Positions 27,226-38,798 of a stretch of DNA of 64,000 nt are shown piece by piece. This DNA comes from Chloroflexota bacterium (GTDB lineage: Bacteria > Chloroflexota > Dehalococcoidia > UBA2979): assembly GCA_045863195.1 (NCBI GenBank), contig BTUI01000003.1:68201-132200 (forward strand), in the 5' to 3' direction. The notes beneath the pieces were generated by a model. That model saw only the letters and a list, made by a program, of their open reading frames with translations, searched no databases and was not told the origin of the DNA. Position numbers and translations under genes: made by a program. Numbering within the stretch: the first letter of the stretch is position 1; each line of letters starts with the position of its first letter.

Positions 27226-28158
27226 TCAGAACACCGCGAGCGGGTTCACCGGCGAGCCGGTGCCGCCGAGGACGACGAGCGGCGAGATCACCAGCAGGAA
27301 CTCGTAGCGGCCCGTCTCCGCGCACGCCTCCGCGAGGCGTTCGAAGTTGGCGTTGTCCAGCAACGGCAGGCCCATGTGCGGGATCGCGATGGCGTGGAGC
27401 GGGATGCGCTCGCCGTACTGGTCCTGGCCGGACGCCTCCTGCAGGTCCCAGCCCATGAGCGCCGCCGAGGTGTCGTGGAGGAACTCCAGCACGGAGACGC
27501 CGACGCCCGGGGTGTTCAGCGGCATGGTCATCTGGAAGTCCGGATGCGCCCGCCAGAACGGCTCCGCGCCTGAGCGGATGAGGACGGCGTCGCCCGGCTG
27601 CGGCGTGACGCCCACCTGCGCCGCCCAGTCCTGCAGGTGCCAGCCCTCCACCGGCTCGCCCTCGCGGACGTGGTCGTGGCCGCGCATGCGCGGGATGTCG
27701 TACAGGACACCGCGGGTGACGATGCCGTCCCGCCAGCGGTCGACCGAATGCGTGAGCGCGCCCTCCGGCGTGACGAGCGCCGGGTCGGCGTCGTTGTAGA
27801 GGCGTCCGCCCGGCCCCGTGAAGATGTGGCACAGCGCGTCGATGTGGGTGTTCACGAAGCCGTGGTACGAGACACCGATGTAGTCGGAGGACGACCCCGG
27901 GTTCACCGTCATCCGGTGGTCGGCGGGACGCCCGTTCCTCGTGGCGTTCGGGACCACCGCGGCGGTCGCGAGCGGGTTCGCGCAGGAGACCGTGCGGCCC
28001 GTCCGAGGCAGCGCGAGCGCCCGCTGCCGCACCTCTGGCGTGATGTGGTTCAGGGTGCCGGACTGGTCGTCCGCGCCCCAGCGCCCCCAGTTATTGAGGC
28101 GCGTGCGGTACGCCTGGTACTCCTCCGGGGTGGTCGTCGTCCGTATCGCGAGGCCCAT
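27226..28158 (-). CDS. Cyclase-family protein (kynurenine-formamidase-like)
   Basis: The conserved HxGTHxDxPxH-like block is present (GFVNTHIDALCHIF). The start is placed at MGLAIRT. Confidence 0.65.
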   Translation of the reverse strand: MGLAIRTTTTPEEYQAYRTRLNNWGRWGADDQSGTLNHITPEVRQRALALPRTGRTVSCANPLATAAVVPNATRNGRPADHRMTVNPGSSSDYIGVSYHGFVNTHIDALCHIFTGPGGRLYNDADPALVTPEGALTHSVDRWRDGIVTRGVLYDIPRMRGHDHVREGEPVEGWHLQDWAAQVGVTPQPGDAVLIRSGAEPFWRAHPDFQMTMPLNTPGVGVSVLEFLHDTSAALMGWDLQEASGQDQYGERIPLHAIAIPHMGLPLLDNANFERLAEACAETGRYEFLLVISPLVVLGGTGSPVNPLAVF

Positions 28159-28322
28159 GTCACACCCTCCATCCCCGCGTGCGGTCACGCGGAGGGCGCA
28201 TGGTACGCCGTGACCGCCGCCCCTCGGTGCACGGGCCGTCCGGCCCGTTCCGTGTAGCCACGGCTCCCCGTACCGTGATCCGCACGCGAGCGGCCCCGTT
28301 CCCCGCCTCGTGGAGGCTCCCC

Positions 28323-28801
28323 GTGACGTCCCGCATCCACCGCACCGGCGTGATGATCGCGCTCGTCGCCCTCGGCATCCTCGTCGCCGCCTGCGGGGCC
28401 GACACCGAGGTCGCCACAGCGACCGCGACCGCCACCGGCACCACCACGACGCTCGCGCCCGACATGCGACCGCGCACGATCGTTCCGGTCACCCTCCACG
28501 AGTGGTCGGTGGTCACGGAGCCGGGCGTCGCGCCGCCGGGCACGCTCCTCTTCCAGGTCGCCAACGCGGGCACGATCGAGCACGAGCTCGCGATCGTCCG
28601 CACCGACCTGACGGCGGCGGCGCTCCCCGTCCGCGACGGCATCGTCGACACGGACGCGCTGGAGGTCGCCGGCGAGGTGGAAGCAATCGCCCGGGGCGAG
28701 CGCGCGGAAGCGGAGGTCACGCTGGAGGCGGGCGCGTACGTCCTGCTGTGCAACCTCCCCGGCCACTACGAGGCGGGGATGCGCGTCGCCTTTACCGTCC
28801 G

Positions 28802-28805
<4 letters not shown>
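28323..28805 (+). CDS. Cupredoxin-like (type-1 copper) lipoprotein
   Basis: The lipobox is LVAAC. The ligand pattern is His ... Cys-x4-His-x4-Met (IEHELAI ... LLCNLPGHYEAGM). The start is placed at a GTG preceding the signal peptide; ATG 28353 is the alternative. Confidence 0.5.
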
Positions 28806-30154
<1,349 letters not shown>

Positions 30155-30179
30155 GCGTGGAGTCTACGCCCGGGCCGGG

Positions 30180-30665
30180 CTAGTCGAGGCGGCGCTCGAA
30201 CTCGATCTCGTCGCGGACCGGCAGGCCTTCCTCGCCGCGGAGCGGGATCTCCGGCTTCAGCGTCGCCCGCGCCTCGGTGGCCGCGTCCGGGCGGAGCGCA
30301 CAGAGGTGCCAGCCGCGCTGCTGGTAGAAGCGGAACGCACTCACGTTGTCGTTCGTCGTGACGAGCCACACCCGCCGGCAGCTGACCGCGCGCGCCTCCG
30401 CGGTCACCGCCTCCAGCAGCGCCGTCGCCGCACCGCGCCGCTCGATGGCGGAGGCGAGGCCAACGACCTCGCACCCGCCGGCCCCATCGAAGCGGTACGC
30501 GGCCGCCCCGGCGAAGGCGTCGTCGTCCAGCGCGACCAGCGTGGGGAGCGCGAGGAGGTCGTGCAGCGCGCCGTTCGAGACGGCACGCGTGGAACCGAAG
30601 GCGGTCGTCCAGAGCCGCTCGACGGCGAATCGCCACGCGGGGCCGAACGAGACGAGTTCGATCAT
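30180..30665 (-). CDS. GNAT-family N-acetyltransferase
   Basis: 161 aa with an acetyl-CoA binding-like motif region (RRGAATALLEAV). Confidence 0.55.
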   Translation of the reverse strand: MIELVSFGPAWRFAVERLWTTAFGSTRAVSNGALHDLLALPTLVALDDDAFAGAAAYRFDGAGGCEVVGLASAIERRGAATALLEAVTAEARAVSCRRVWLVTTNDNVSAFRFYQQRGWHLCALRPDAATEARATLKPEIPLRGEEGLPVRDEIEFERRLD

Positions 30666-30687
30666 GCGGAGGTCACCCCCTCGCGCG

Positions 30688-31251
30688 TCACGGAAGCGGC
30701 GTCAGCCCGAGCGGGAGGTGGGCGGGGCGATCGAACGGGAACGCCTCCGACCCGGCGAGGCGGACGAGTTCGTCCCGGGTGGCGAGCACCCGGTCGATCA
30801 GGTCGTGCGGGTAGGCCATCTCCCGCTGGTGGAGGGCGAACTCGTCCTCGTCGTCCACATGAATGGCGTCCACCGTGCGGACGATGTCCACGTCCAGGTC
30901 TACCCAGCGAACCGTGTCGCCCTCGAAGGTGGCGGGGGTGCCGATGTTCGCGTAGGTGAGGTAGCCACGGCGGCCCATGGGGCGCAGGTTGTGGAACAGG
31001 TTGTACCAGCGGTCGGTGAAGAAGAGTGCCGTGAACCCCTCGCGCATGATCCCCTGGCCGCGGTAACTGACGTACGGCTCGCCGGCCTCCACCCACACCC
31101 GCACGAGCGGCCCCGTCTGGTCGAGGAGCGTCGCGGCGTACTCGTAGTGACGGGAGCCGTCGTACTTCGTGGACAGCACGCGGACGCGCCGGCCGCCGGT
31201 GCTGGCCGGGCGTCCGGGGTGCGCGAAGTCCGGCGGGGTCGCCTCGACCAT
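30688..31251 (-). CDS. DUF402-domain protein (YgaC/FomD-like)
   Basis: 187 aa with a KYDGS...WYNLF...YVDLDLD-like pattern. Confidence 0.45.
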   Translation of the reverse strand: MVEATPPDFAHPGRPASTGGRRVRVLSTKYDGSRHYEYAATLLDQTGPLVRVWVEAGEPYVSYRGQGIMREGFTALFFTDRWYNLFHNLRPMGRRGYLTYANIGTPATFEGDTVRWVDLDVDIVRTVDAIHVDDEDEFALHQREMAYPHDLIDRVLATRDELVRLAGSEAFPFDRPAHLPLGLTPLP

Positions 31252-31341
31252 GCGTCGATTCTACGGAGCCCACACCGGAGGCGCGCGGTACGATGGACGC
31301 TCCCCATCGAAGCACCGACCGCTGTCTGCAGGGACCGCCGC

Positions 31342-32811
31342 ATGACCACCTCTGCCCCGACCGACTACGAGGCCGTGATCGGCGTCGAGGTCCACATCCA
31401 GTTGAAGACGCGATCCAAGATGTTCTGCGGCTGCAACCGGGAGTACTTCGACACCGCGCCGAACTCGCACGTCTGCCCGGTCTGCCTCGGCATGCCGGGC
31501 ATGCTCCCGGTGATCAACGAGCAGGCGGTGACCTACACGCTGCTCGCGGGGCTGGCGCTGGGCTGCGAACTCCCGCGCTTCGCGAAGTTCGACCGCAAGA
31601 ACTACCCCTACCCGGACCTGATGAAGGGCTACCAGATCTCCCAGTACGACCAGCCGTTCTGCCTCGGCGGCGCGCTGGAGATCGAGGTGGACGGTCAGCG
31701 CAAGACCGTGCACCTGGAGCGTATCCACCTGGAAGAGGACACGGCGCGCTTGCTGCACCGCGACTCCGGCGTGGAGACGTACGCGCTGGTGGACGTGAAC
31801 CGCTCCGGCTCCCCGCTCATGGAACTGGTCACGAAGCCGGACATGCACTCCGCCGCGGAGGCGGCGGCGTTCCTCCGGAAACTCCGCCAGACCATGCGCT
31901 ACCTCGGCATCGCGGACGCGGACATGGAGAAGGGCGGGATGCGCTGCGACGCGAACGTCTCGATCCGGCCGCGCGGCGTGACCACGCTCGGCACCAAGGT
32001 CGAGGTGAAGAACATGAACTCGTTCCGTTCCGTGCAGCGGGCGATCGAGTTCGAGATCGAGCGCCAGGCGAAGGTGCTGGACTCCGGCGGCCGGCTGGTG
32101 CAGGAGACGCGCGGCTACGTGGACGCCACCGGCGAGACGGTGTCGCAGCGCTCCAAGGAGGAGGCGCACGACTACCGCTACTTCCCGGAACCCGACCTCC
32201 CGCCCGTCCTCATTGACGACGCGATCCGCGAGGCCGTCCGTGCCCTGATGCCGGAACTGCCGGACGCGCGTCGCGCCCGGTTCGAGCGCGACTACGGCCT
32301 GACGCCGGAGGAGGCGCGCACCCTCACCGACTCCCGCGAGCGCTCCGAGGCGTTCGAGGCGGCGGTCGTGGCCGCCGGAGCGGCGCACGCGCGCCCGGTG
32401 GCGCTCTGGTTCATCGGCGACGTGGCGAAGCACCTCAACGAGATCGGCGTCGAGGCCGAACTGTCGGACACGAAGGCGACGCCGCAGCACGTCGGCGAGC
32501 TGACGCGCCTCGTGCAGGAGGGGACGATCACCCTCAGCACGGCGAAGGACGTCCTCAGCGCCGTCTTCGAGACGGGCGAGGCGCCCGGCGCGATCGTGGA
32601 GGCGCGGGGCCTGCGCGTGGTGCGCGACGAGGGCGCGATCGACGCGCTGGTGACGGCGGCGATCGAGGCGAACGCGAAGGCGGTGGCGGACTACCGCAGC
32701 GGCAAGGGGAGCGCGGTCGGGTTCCTCGTGGGCCAGGTGATGCGGGAGGCGAAGGGCCGGGCGGACGCGAACACCGTGTCCGAACTCATCCGCCGTCGCC
32801 TGGACGGTTGA
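31342..32811 (+). CDS. gatB: Asp-tRNA(Asn)/Glu-tRNA(Gln) amidotransferase subunit B
   Basis: The sequence has YEAVIGVEVHIQL, the CPVCLGMPG motif and the C-terminal YqeY-like domain. Confidence 0.9.
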   Translation: MTTSAPTDYEAVIGVEVHIQLKTRSKMFCGCNREYFDTAPNSHVCPVCLGMPGMLPVINEQAVTYTLLAGLALGCELPRFAKFDRKNYPYPDLMKGYQISQYDQPFCLGGALEIEVDGQRKTVHLERIHLEEDTARLLHRDSGVETYALVDVNRSGSPLMELVTKPDMHSAAEAAAFLRKLRQTMRYLGIADADMEKGGMRCDANVSIRPRGVTTLGTKVEVKNMNSFRSVQRAIEFEIERQAKVLDSGGRLVQETRGYVDATGETVSQRSKEEAHDYRYFPEPDLPPVLIDDAIREAVRALMPELPDARRARFERDYGLTPEEARTLTDSRERSEAFEAAVVAAGAAHARPVALWFIGDVAKHLNEIGVEAELSDTKATPQHVGELTRLVQEGTITLSTAKDVLSAVFETGEAPGAIVEARGLRVVRDEGAIDALVTAAIEANAKAVADYRSGKGSAVGFLVGQVMREAKGRADANTVSELIRRRLDG

Positions 32812-32845
32812 CCGAGGGTTCGTAGTTGACGTATTACTGTCCACG

Positions 32846-34183
32846 GTGGGCGGGCCACCGGAGTGCCTCGTGAGTCGCGAGAACTTCAGCAAATGGCTGT
32901 ACTTCGGCCTGCACATCAAGCGATGGTTGCTCCTGATTACCATCGCGATGGCCATGATGGGCCTCGGCTTCGCGTATCTGCTGCGTGAGGTCTACGTCTC
33001 CTACACCTTCCCCGCCTGGGCCGCCGACCTGACGCTGCAGTTCCTGCCGCGCTGGCTGCGCGGGCTGTTGTTCATCTCCGTCGCGAGCATCATCACCGTC
33101 ATCGCCGCGTGGAAACTCAACCAGTCGGTCACCCGCGCCGCCCTGCCGCCGTCCCAGCGGTCGAGCGACCTCGTCGACCTGGTCTACCGCAACCGCACGC
33201 GCGAGCGCGGCCCGAAGGTCGTCGCGATCGGCGGCGGGACCGGGCTTTCCAACCTACTGCGTGGCCTGAAGCAGTACACGAACAACCTCACGGCGATCGT
33301 CACCGTGGCGGACGATGGCGGCTCCAGCGGCCAGCTGCGCCGTGACCTGAACGTGATCCCGCCGGGCGACATCCGCAACTGCATCGCCGCGCTGGCGGAC
33401 GCGGAACCCCTGGTCACGGAACTCTTCCAGTACCGCTTCGACTCCCGCGCCGGCGGCATGGCCGGCCACTCCTTCGGCAACCTGTTCATCACCGCGATGG
33501 CGGAGGTGACCGGGAGCATGGAGACCGGCATCGCGGAGACCTCCCGCGTGCTCGCCGTTCGTGGCCAGATCGTGCCCGCCTCCATGGAGGACGTGGTGCT
33601 CGTCGCCCGTCACCGGGACGGCGAGGTCGTGCGGGGCGAATCGAAGGTGCCGGACCGCGGCGAGCCGCCGGCCGAGGTGTGGCTGGAGCCGCGCGGCGCC
33701 GCCGCCCACCCGCGCGCGATCGCCGCGCTGCTGGACGCCGACCTGATCGTGATCGGGCCGGGCTCGCTCTACACCTCGGTGCTGCCGAACCTGCTCGTGA
33801 AGGGGATCGCCGAGGCGATCGCGAACAGCCGCGCCTACAAGTTGTACGTCTCCAACGTCGCCACGCAGCACGGCGAGACGGACGGCTACTCCGCCGCCGA
33901 CCACTACCAGGCGATCCTGCGCCATCTGAAGGCGGACCGGCTGGTGGACGCGGTGCTGGCGAACAGCAACCTGCCCGCGGAGCCGCTTCCGGCGGAGTGG
34001 GTCTCGACCCCGGTGATGGCCCCCGGCGACGCCGATTACGCCGGCGCGCGGCTGGTCCTGGCCGACCTCGTCGACCACGAGAAGCGCTACCGGCACAACG
34101 GCGAGGCGCTGGCCTCGCTGGTGATGCGCTCCTACTTCGAGCGCGACCTCCGGGTGCAGGCGCCAATCCTCGCGGAACGCTGA
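32846..34183 (+). CDS. YvcK/CofD-family (UPF0052, gluconeogenesis factor-like) protein with N-terminal 2-TM extension
   Basis: The core has VVAIGGGTGLSNLLRGL ... DDGGSSG ... IGPGSLYTSV motifs. The roughly 110-aa N-terminal extension contains two hydrophobic helices. Confidence 0.72.
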   Translation: MGGPPECLVSRENFSKWLYFGLHIKRWLLLITIAMAMMGLGFAYLLREVYVSYTFPAWAADLTLQFLPRWLRGLLFISVASIITVIAAWKLNQSVTRAALPPSQRSSDLVDLVYRNRTRERGPKVVAIGGGTGLSNLLRGLKQYTNNLTAIVTVADDGGSSGQLRRDLNVIPPGDIRNCIAALADAEPLVTELFQYRFDSRAGGMAGHSFGNLFITAMAEVTGSMETGIAETSRVLAVRGQIVPASMEDVVLVARHRDGEVVRGESKVPDRGEPPAEVWLEPRGAAAHPRAIAALLDADLIVIGPGSLYTSVLPNLLVKGIAEAIANSRAYKLYVSNVATQHGETDGYSAADHYQAILRHLKADRLVDAVLANSNLPAEPLPAEWVSTPVMAPGDADYAGARLVLADLVDHEKRYRHNGEALASLVMRSYFERDLRVQAPILAER

Positions 34184-34239
34184 CCGGCCGGCGCGGCCCG
34201 CTTGCCGCCGAGGTTGGCGGGTCGTAGCCTGCTAGGCCT

Positions 34240-34464
34240 ATGGAACTCCGCGACTTCCTCAGCCTTGCCATGATCCTGATCTCCTCGCTGGTGATCGTGC
34301 TCGTCCTCATGCAGGTACGCGGCACGGGCTTCGGCGCTGGCCTCGGCGGCCAGGACACCGGGTACCGCACCAAGCGGGGCCTGCAGCGCTCGCTGCACCG
34401 CCTCACGATCGTGGTCTTCGTCGTCTTCCTCTCGCTCGCTGCCTGGAGCGTCGCGGCCTCGTAG
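34240..34464 (+). CDS. secG: Preprotein translocase subunit SecG
   Basis: 74 aa with two TM helices and the conserved LMQVRGTGFGAGLGG loop. Confidence 0.7.
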   Translation: MELRDFLSLAMILISSLVIVLVLMQVRGTGFGAGLGGQDTGYRTKRGLQRSLHRLTIVVFVVFLSLAAWSVAAS

Positions 34465-34485
34465 CCGCCGGGCACACCCGCGAGG

Positions 34486-36084
34486 ATGCCCACCGCACCA
34501 CGCGGCCCGCTGACCCTCCTCCTGCTGCTCGCCCTGCCGCTGATCGCGGCCGGCTGGCTGCGTTCCGGTGACGGCGGCATCACCGGTGGCGGCCGTTATG
34601 TCGAGGCCGTGATCGGCACCCCCACCCGCATCAGCCCGCTGGCCCCGCGCGGCAACGACGTGGAGGGCGACCTGGTGGCGCTGGTCTTCGCCGGCCTCAT
34701 GCGCCTCGGCCCCGACGGATCGCCGCAGCCGGAACTCGCCGCCTCCTGGGAGGTGACCCCGGACGGCCTGACCTACACCTTCCGCCTCCGCCCCGACCTC
34801 GCCTGGCACGACGGCGTGGCCGTGGACGCCGAGGATGTCGCGTTCACGATCGGCCGCATCCAGTCGCCGGACTTCACCGGCTCCGCCGCGCTCGCCGCGG
34901 AGTGGGCGGACGTGCAGGTGTTCGTCGCCGACCCGCTGACCGTCCTCATCCGCCTACCGGAGCCGGCCGCCGACTTCCTCGCGCGCGCCACGCTCGGCCT
35001 CGTCCCCCGCCACCTCGCCTCGCAGATGGACGCGCCCGCCGGCTTCGACATCTCCCCGTTCGAGCGCGCACCGGTGGGCGCGGGCCCCTACCGCCTGGTC
35101 GCGGTCGAGGGCGACCGGGCCGTCCTGGAGCGGCACACCACCTACGCGCTCGGCGCGCCCTCGATCTCGCGGATCGAACTGCGCTTCGCCGACGAAGCGG
35201 AGGAGCAGGCCGCGATGCTCCGGCGCGGCGATGTGGACGCCGCGTTGTTCCCGGAGGCCCCGTCCGATGCGGAGGCAACCGCGCTCAACCGTGGCGGCCT
35301 TGCGACGGTGCTGCTGCAGCGGAACGCCTCCACGGTGCTCTACCTCAACAACCTGCGCGGCCCGCTCGCCAGCGCTCCGCTGCGGCGGGCGCTCGCGGCG
35401 ACGGTCGACCCGGCGGCGGCGATCGAGGCGGCCGGCCTCGCGCGGCTCGTCCCGGGCGACGGGGTGATCGTGCCCGGGTCGTGGGCGTACCAGCCGCTCG
35501 AGGTCGCGCGTCCGCCGGTATCCACGCTCTGGGCTGCGGCGAGCGTGCAGGACGCACCGGACGGCACGAAGATGCGAGGCGGACGGCCGCTCGCGTTCAG
35601 CCTCGTGACGAACGCCGACCCGCAGCGCGAGGCGCTGGCGTTCGCGATCGCGGAGCAACTCCGGACGGCGGGCATCGCCGTGGAGGTGACCGTGGAACCG
35701 GCGCAGCGGGTGGTCAGCGAGTACCTGCGCACGGCCGCGTTCGACCTGGTGCTGTTCGGGTGGGAGAACACGCCCGACCCGGACCCGTACACCGGCTGGC
35801 ACACCTCCCAGATCGGCGGCGCCGGCGGCAACGTGGTCTCGTTCAGCGACGGCGAGACGGACGCGCTGCTGGAGGCCGCCCGCACCACGCTCGACACCGG
35901 CGAACGGCGCGACCTGTACGCACTCTTCTCGCAGCGCTTCGAGGAGCAGGGCGCGAGCCTGGTGGTGGCGTACCCACAGCGCCTGTATGCCTACCCCGCC
36001 GCGCTCGAGGGGTTCGAGCCGGGGCTCCTCTTCAGCCCGGCCAGCCGCTTCGCCTCGGTTCACCTGTGGCGGCTGGGCGAGTAA
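34486..36084 (+). CDS. ABC transporter substrate-binding protein, family 5 (peptide/nickel/opine type)
   Basis: Signal peptide plus SBP_bac_5 organization. No permease or ATPase genes are adjacent, so it appears to be an orphan. Confidence 0.72.
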   Translation: MPTAPRGPLTLLLLLALPLIAAGWLRSGDGGITGGGRYVEAVIGTPTRISPLAPRGNDVEGDLVALVFAGLMRLGPDGSPQPELAASWEVTPDGLTYTFRLRPDLAWHDGVAVDAEDVAFTIGRIQSPDFTGSAALAAEWADVQVFVADPLTVLIRLPEPAADFLARATLGLVPRHLASQMDAPAGFDISPFERAPVGAGPYRLVAVEGDRAVLERHTTYALGAPSISRIELRFADEAEEQAAMLRRGDVDAALFPEAPSDAEATALNRGGLATVLLQRNASTVLYLNNLRGPLASAPLRRALAATVDPAAAIEAAGLARLVPGDGVIVPGSWAYQPLEVARPPVSTLWAAASVQDAPDGTKMRGGRPLAFSLVTNADPQREALAFAIAEQLRTAGIAVEVTVEPAQRVVSEYLRTAAFDLVLFGWENTPDPDPYTGWHTSQIGGAGGNVVSFSDGETDALLEAARTTLDTGERRDLYALFSQRFEEQGASLVVAYPQRLYAYPAALEGFEPGLLFSPASRFASVHLWRLGE

Positions 36085-36094
36085 CGTCCGAACG

Positions 36095-37066
36095 ATGCCC
36101 ACCCGACTCGTCTTCTTCGGCTCGCCTGACTACGCCGTGCCCAGCCTGCGCGCCTGCCTCGCGCTGCCCGACACGGAGGTGGTCGCAGTTGTGACTCAGC
36201 CCGACCGCCCGCGCGGACGCAGCGGCGCACCGGCGCCGACGCCGGTGAAGGCGGCGGCGATCGAGGGCGGCGTCCCGGTCATCCTCCAGCCGGAGAAGGT
36301 GCGCCGCGACACGACCGAGGTGCTGGCCGCGCTCGCGCCGGACGTGGGCGTGGTCGCCGCCTCCGGCCACATCCTGCCGACGCACCTGCTGGAGGCGTTC
36401 CCGCGCCGCGTGGTCAACGTGCACGCCTCGCTCCTGCCACGCCACCGCGGTGCATCGCCCGTCGCGAGTGCCATCCTCGCCGGCGATGCCGTCACCGGCG
36501 CGACGATCATGGAGGTCGTCCGCGAGGTGGACGCCGGCCCGATGATCGCGCAGGTGGAGACGCCGATCGGCCCGCTCGACACGACCGGTGTGCTGACCGA
36601 CCGCATCGCCAGCCTCGGCGCGGCCCTCCTCGCCGAGGTGCTGCCGCGCTGGGTGGCGGGCGCGATCGCCTCGACCCCGCAGGACGCCGCGCTCGCGACG
36701 TACGCGCCGAAACTGGCGCGCGCCGACGGGCTGATCGACTGGTCCCTCCCCGCCGAGGTGATTGCGCGGCGCATCCGCGCGTTCCATCCGTGGCCGCTCG
36801 CGTTCACCTCCTACCGCGGCGAGCCGTTCACCATCCACCGCGCGTGGCCGCTCGCCTCAGATGCCGGCGCGGCGCCCGGCACGGTGATGGAGGGCGACCG
36901 GGCCGAGATCACCCCGCTGCTCCCGGGCCGGCAGGCGCGCGCCGTCGTCGCGTGCGGCGCGGGGTCGCTGGTGCTGCTCACGGTGCAGCGGCCGGGCAAA
37001 CGCCCTGCCGAGATCGAGGACTACCTGAACGGCGACCGCGCGCTCATCGGAGCGCGCCTCGGCTAA
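36095..37066 (+). CDS. fmt: Methionyl-tRNA formyltransferase
   Basis: The sequence has LVFFGSPDYAVPSL, the HASLLPRHRGASP motif and the C-terminal Fmt domain. Confidence 0.88.
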   Translation: MPTRLVFFGSPDYAVPSLRACLALPDTEVVAVVTQPDRPRGRSGAPAPTPVKAAAIEGGVPVILQPEKVRRDTTEVLAALAPDVGVVAASGHILPTHLLEAFPRRVVNVHASLLPRHRGASPVASAILAGDAVTGATIMEVVREVDAGPMIAQVETPIGPLDTTGVLTDRIASLGAALLAEVLPRWVAGAIASTPQDAALATYAPKLARADGLIDWSLPAEVIARRIRAFHPWPLAFTSYRGEPFTIHRAWPLASDAGAAPGTVMEGDRAEITPLLPGRQARAVVACGAGSLVLLTVQRPGKRPAEIEDYLNGDRALIGARLG

Positions 37067-37084
37067 CCCGGCCCGCGGGGTACG

Positions 37085-38179
37085 ATGGGTACGATGCGCC
37101 ACCTGCTGGACCTGTCGCTGGAAGAGATCGAGGACGCCCTCGCGGCGTGGGGTGAGCCGCGCTTCCGCGCGAAGCAGATCGCCGGGTGGGTCTTCCAGCA
37201 CGGCGTCACCGACTTCGAGGCGATGACGAACCTGCCGGCAGCGCTCCGCGCCCGCCTCGCCGCCGAATTCACCCTGCTCCCGCTCCCGACCATCGCCGAG
37301 CGCACGGCGGATGACGGCGCGACGACGAAGGTGCTGCTCGACCTCGGCGCCGGCGCAGCCGTCGAGGCGGTGCGGATGGACTACGACCCGGACGAGGACG
37401 AGTCGCCGGACCGGACGACGATCTGTGTCTCGACGCAGGTGGGCTGTGCGATGGGTTGCTCCTTCTGCGCGACCGGCCAGCAGGGCTTCACCCGCAACCT
37501 TCGCCCGTCCGAGATCCTCGCGCAGGTGCTGCACTTCACCCGCCAGCGCCGGATCACCAACATCGTCTTCATGGGGATGGGCGAGCCGCTGGCGAACTAC
37601 GACGCCACCGTGCGCGCGATCCGCTGGCTGGTGCGGCCGGAGGGGCTGAACCTCCGCCAGCGCGGGATCACCGTCTCCACGGTCGGCCTCGTGCGGGCGA
37701 TCGACCGGCTCGCTGACGAGGGGCTGCAGGTCGGCCTGACGATCTCGCTCCACGCCCCGGACGACGACCTGCGCCGCCGCCTCATCGACACCGCGCGCGG
37801 CACGACGATCGACGAACTGATCGAGGCGGCGAAGCGGTACATCGAGAGGCGCGGGCGGCGGGTGACCTTCGCTTACGCGCTGCTGGACCATGTGAACGAC
37901 GAGCCGGAACAGGCGCGCCGCCTGGCCCAGCGCGTGCGCGGCATCCAGGCGCACGTGAACCTCATCCCGTACAACCCGACCGCGGGCGCGGGCCTCCGCC
38001 GCCCGAGCCGGGAGCGCGTGCGGGAGTTCCAGCGCGTGCTGCAGGCGGAGGGCGTGAACGCCACGGTCCGCATCGAGCGCGGCCAGGAGATCGCGGCGGC
38101 GTGCGGCCAGTTGCGCACGGACGTCATGAACGAGAACGCCGCCCCTTCCGAGGCGGCGTTCACCGTCATCCAGCCGTAG
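37085..38179 (+). CDS. rlmN: 23S rRNA / tRNA (adenine-C2)-methyltransferase RlmN (radical SAM)
   Basis: It has the CxxxCxxC motif (CAMGCSFCATG) and conserved FRAKQ, GMGEPLAN and ACGQL motifs. Confidence 0.9.
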   Translation: MGTMRHLLDLSLEEIEDALAAWGEPRFRAKQIAGWVFQHGVTDFEAMTNLPAALRARLAAEFTLLPLPTIAERTADDGATTKVLLDLGAGAAVEAVRMDYDPDEDESPDRTTICVSTQVGCAMGCSFCATGQQGFTRNLRPSEILAQVLHFTRQRRITNIVFMGMGEPLANYDATVRAIRWLVRPEGLNLRQRGITVSTVGLVRAIDRLADEGLQVGLTISLHAPDDDLRRRLIDTARGTTIDELIEAAKRYIERRGRRVTFAYALLDHVNDEPEQARRLAQRVRGIQAHVNLIPYNPTAGAGLRRPSRERVREFQRVLQAEGVNATVRIERGQEIAAACGQLRTDVMNENAAPSEAAFTVIQP

Positions 38180-38186
38180 CGGGACG

Positions 38187-38798
38187 TTACTTCTTCTTGC
38201 CCTTGGCCGGGGCCGCCTGGACCGGCGCCGCCGAGGCAGAGGCGCGCGTCCGCTGGATCTTCACGACCAGGTGGTTCATGTCGCCGATGACCGTCACGCC
38301 CTGCGGCGCGACCAGGTCGCGGACGAAGATCTGCGACTCCAGCCCCGTGAGCGTGTTCAGGGAGATCTCGATGTGCTCCGGGAGGTACTCGGGCAGCGCG
38401 CGGATCCGCACCTGGTCCAGCACCTGCACCACCATGCCGCCGAAGCGGGCGACCGCCGGGGCCTCGCCGGTGGTGATGACCTTCACGGAGGCCTCCAGCG
38501 GGTGCTTCATGTCCACCTGGAAGAACTCCAGATGCTGCAGCTTCCGCGTGACCGGGTGCTGCGAGAACTGGCGCACGACGACCTGCCGCGGCGAGGGCTC
38601 ACCCTCCACGGCCAGGTGAAGCAGCGTGTTGCGGCGGTGGTTGTTCATCAGGTCGCGCGCGGCGGCGTACGGCAGCTGCACGTTCCGGGACTCAATGCCC
38701 CGCCCGTAGACGGTCGCGGGCAGGACGCCCTCGCGGCGGAGCTGCTCCACCTTGCTGCCGGCCACGGCGCGCGGCTGAACCTGGATGGTGTCGGTCAT
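38187..38798 (-). CDS. rplY: 50S ribosomal protein L25 / general stress protein Ctc
   Basis: The sequence has LPATVYGRG ... the conserved Ctc beta-barrel and a Lys-rich tail (KGKKK). The start is placed at MTDTIQV; the ORF-track extension is not supported. It is convergent with rlmN with a 7-nt gap. Confidence 0.8.
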   Translation of the reverse strand: MTDTIQVQPRAVAGSKVEQLRREGVLPATVYGRGIESRNVQLPYAAARDLMNNHRRNTLLHLAVEGEPSPRQVVVRQFSQHPVTRKLQHLEFFQVDMKHPLEASVKVITTGEAPAVARFGGMVVQVLDQVRIRALPEYLPEHIEISLNTLTGLESQIFVRDLVAPQGVTVIGDMNHLVVKIQRTRASASAAPVQAAPAKGKKK

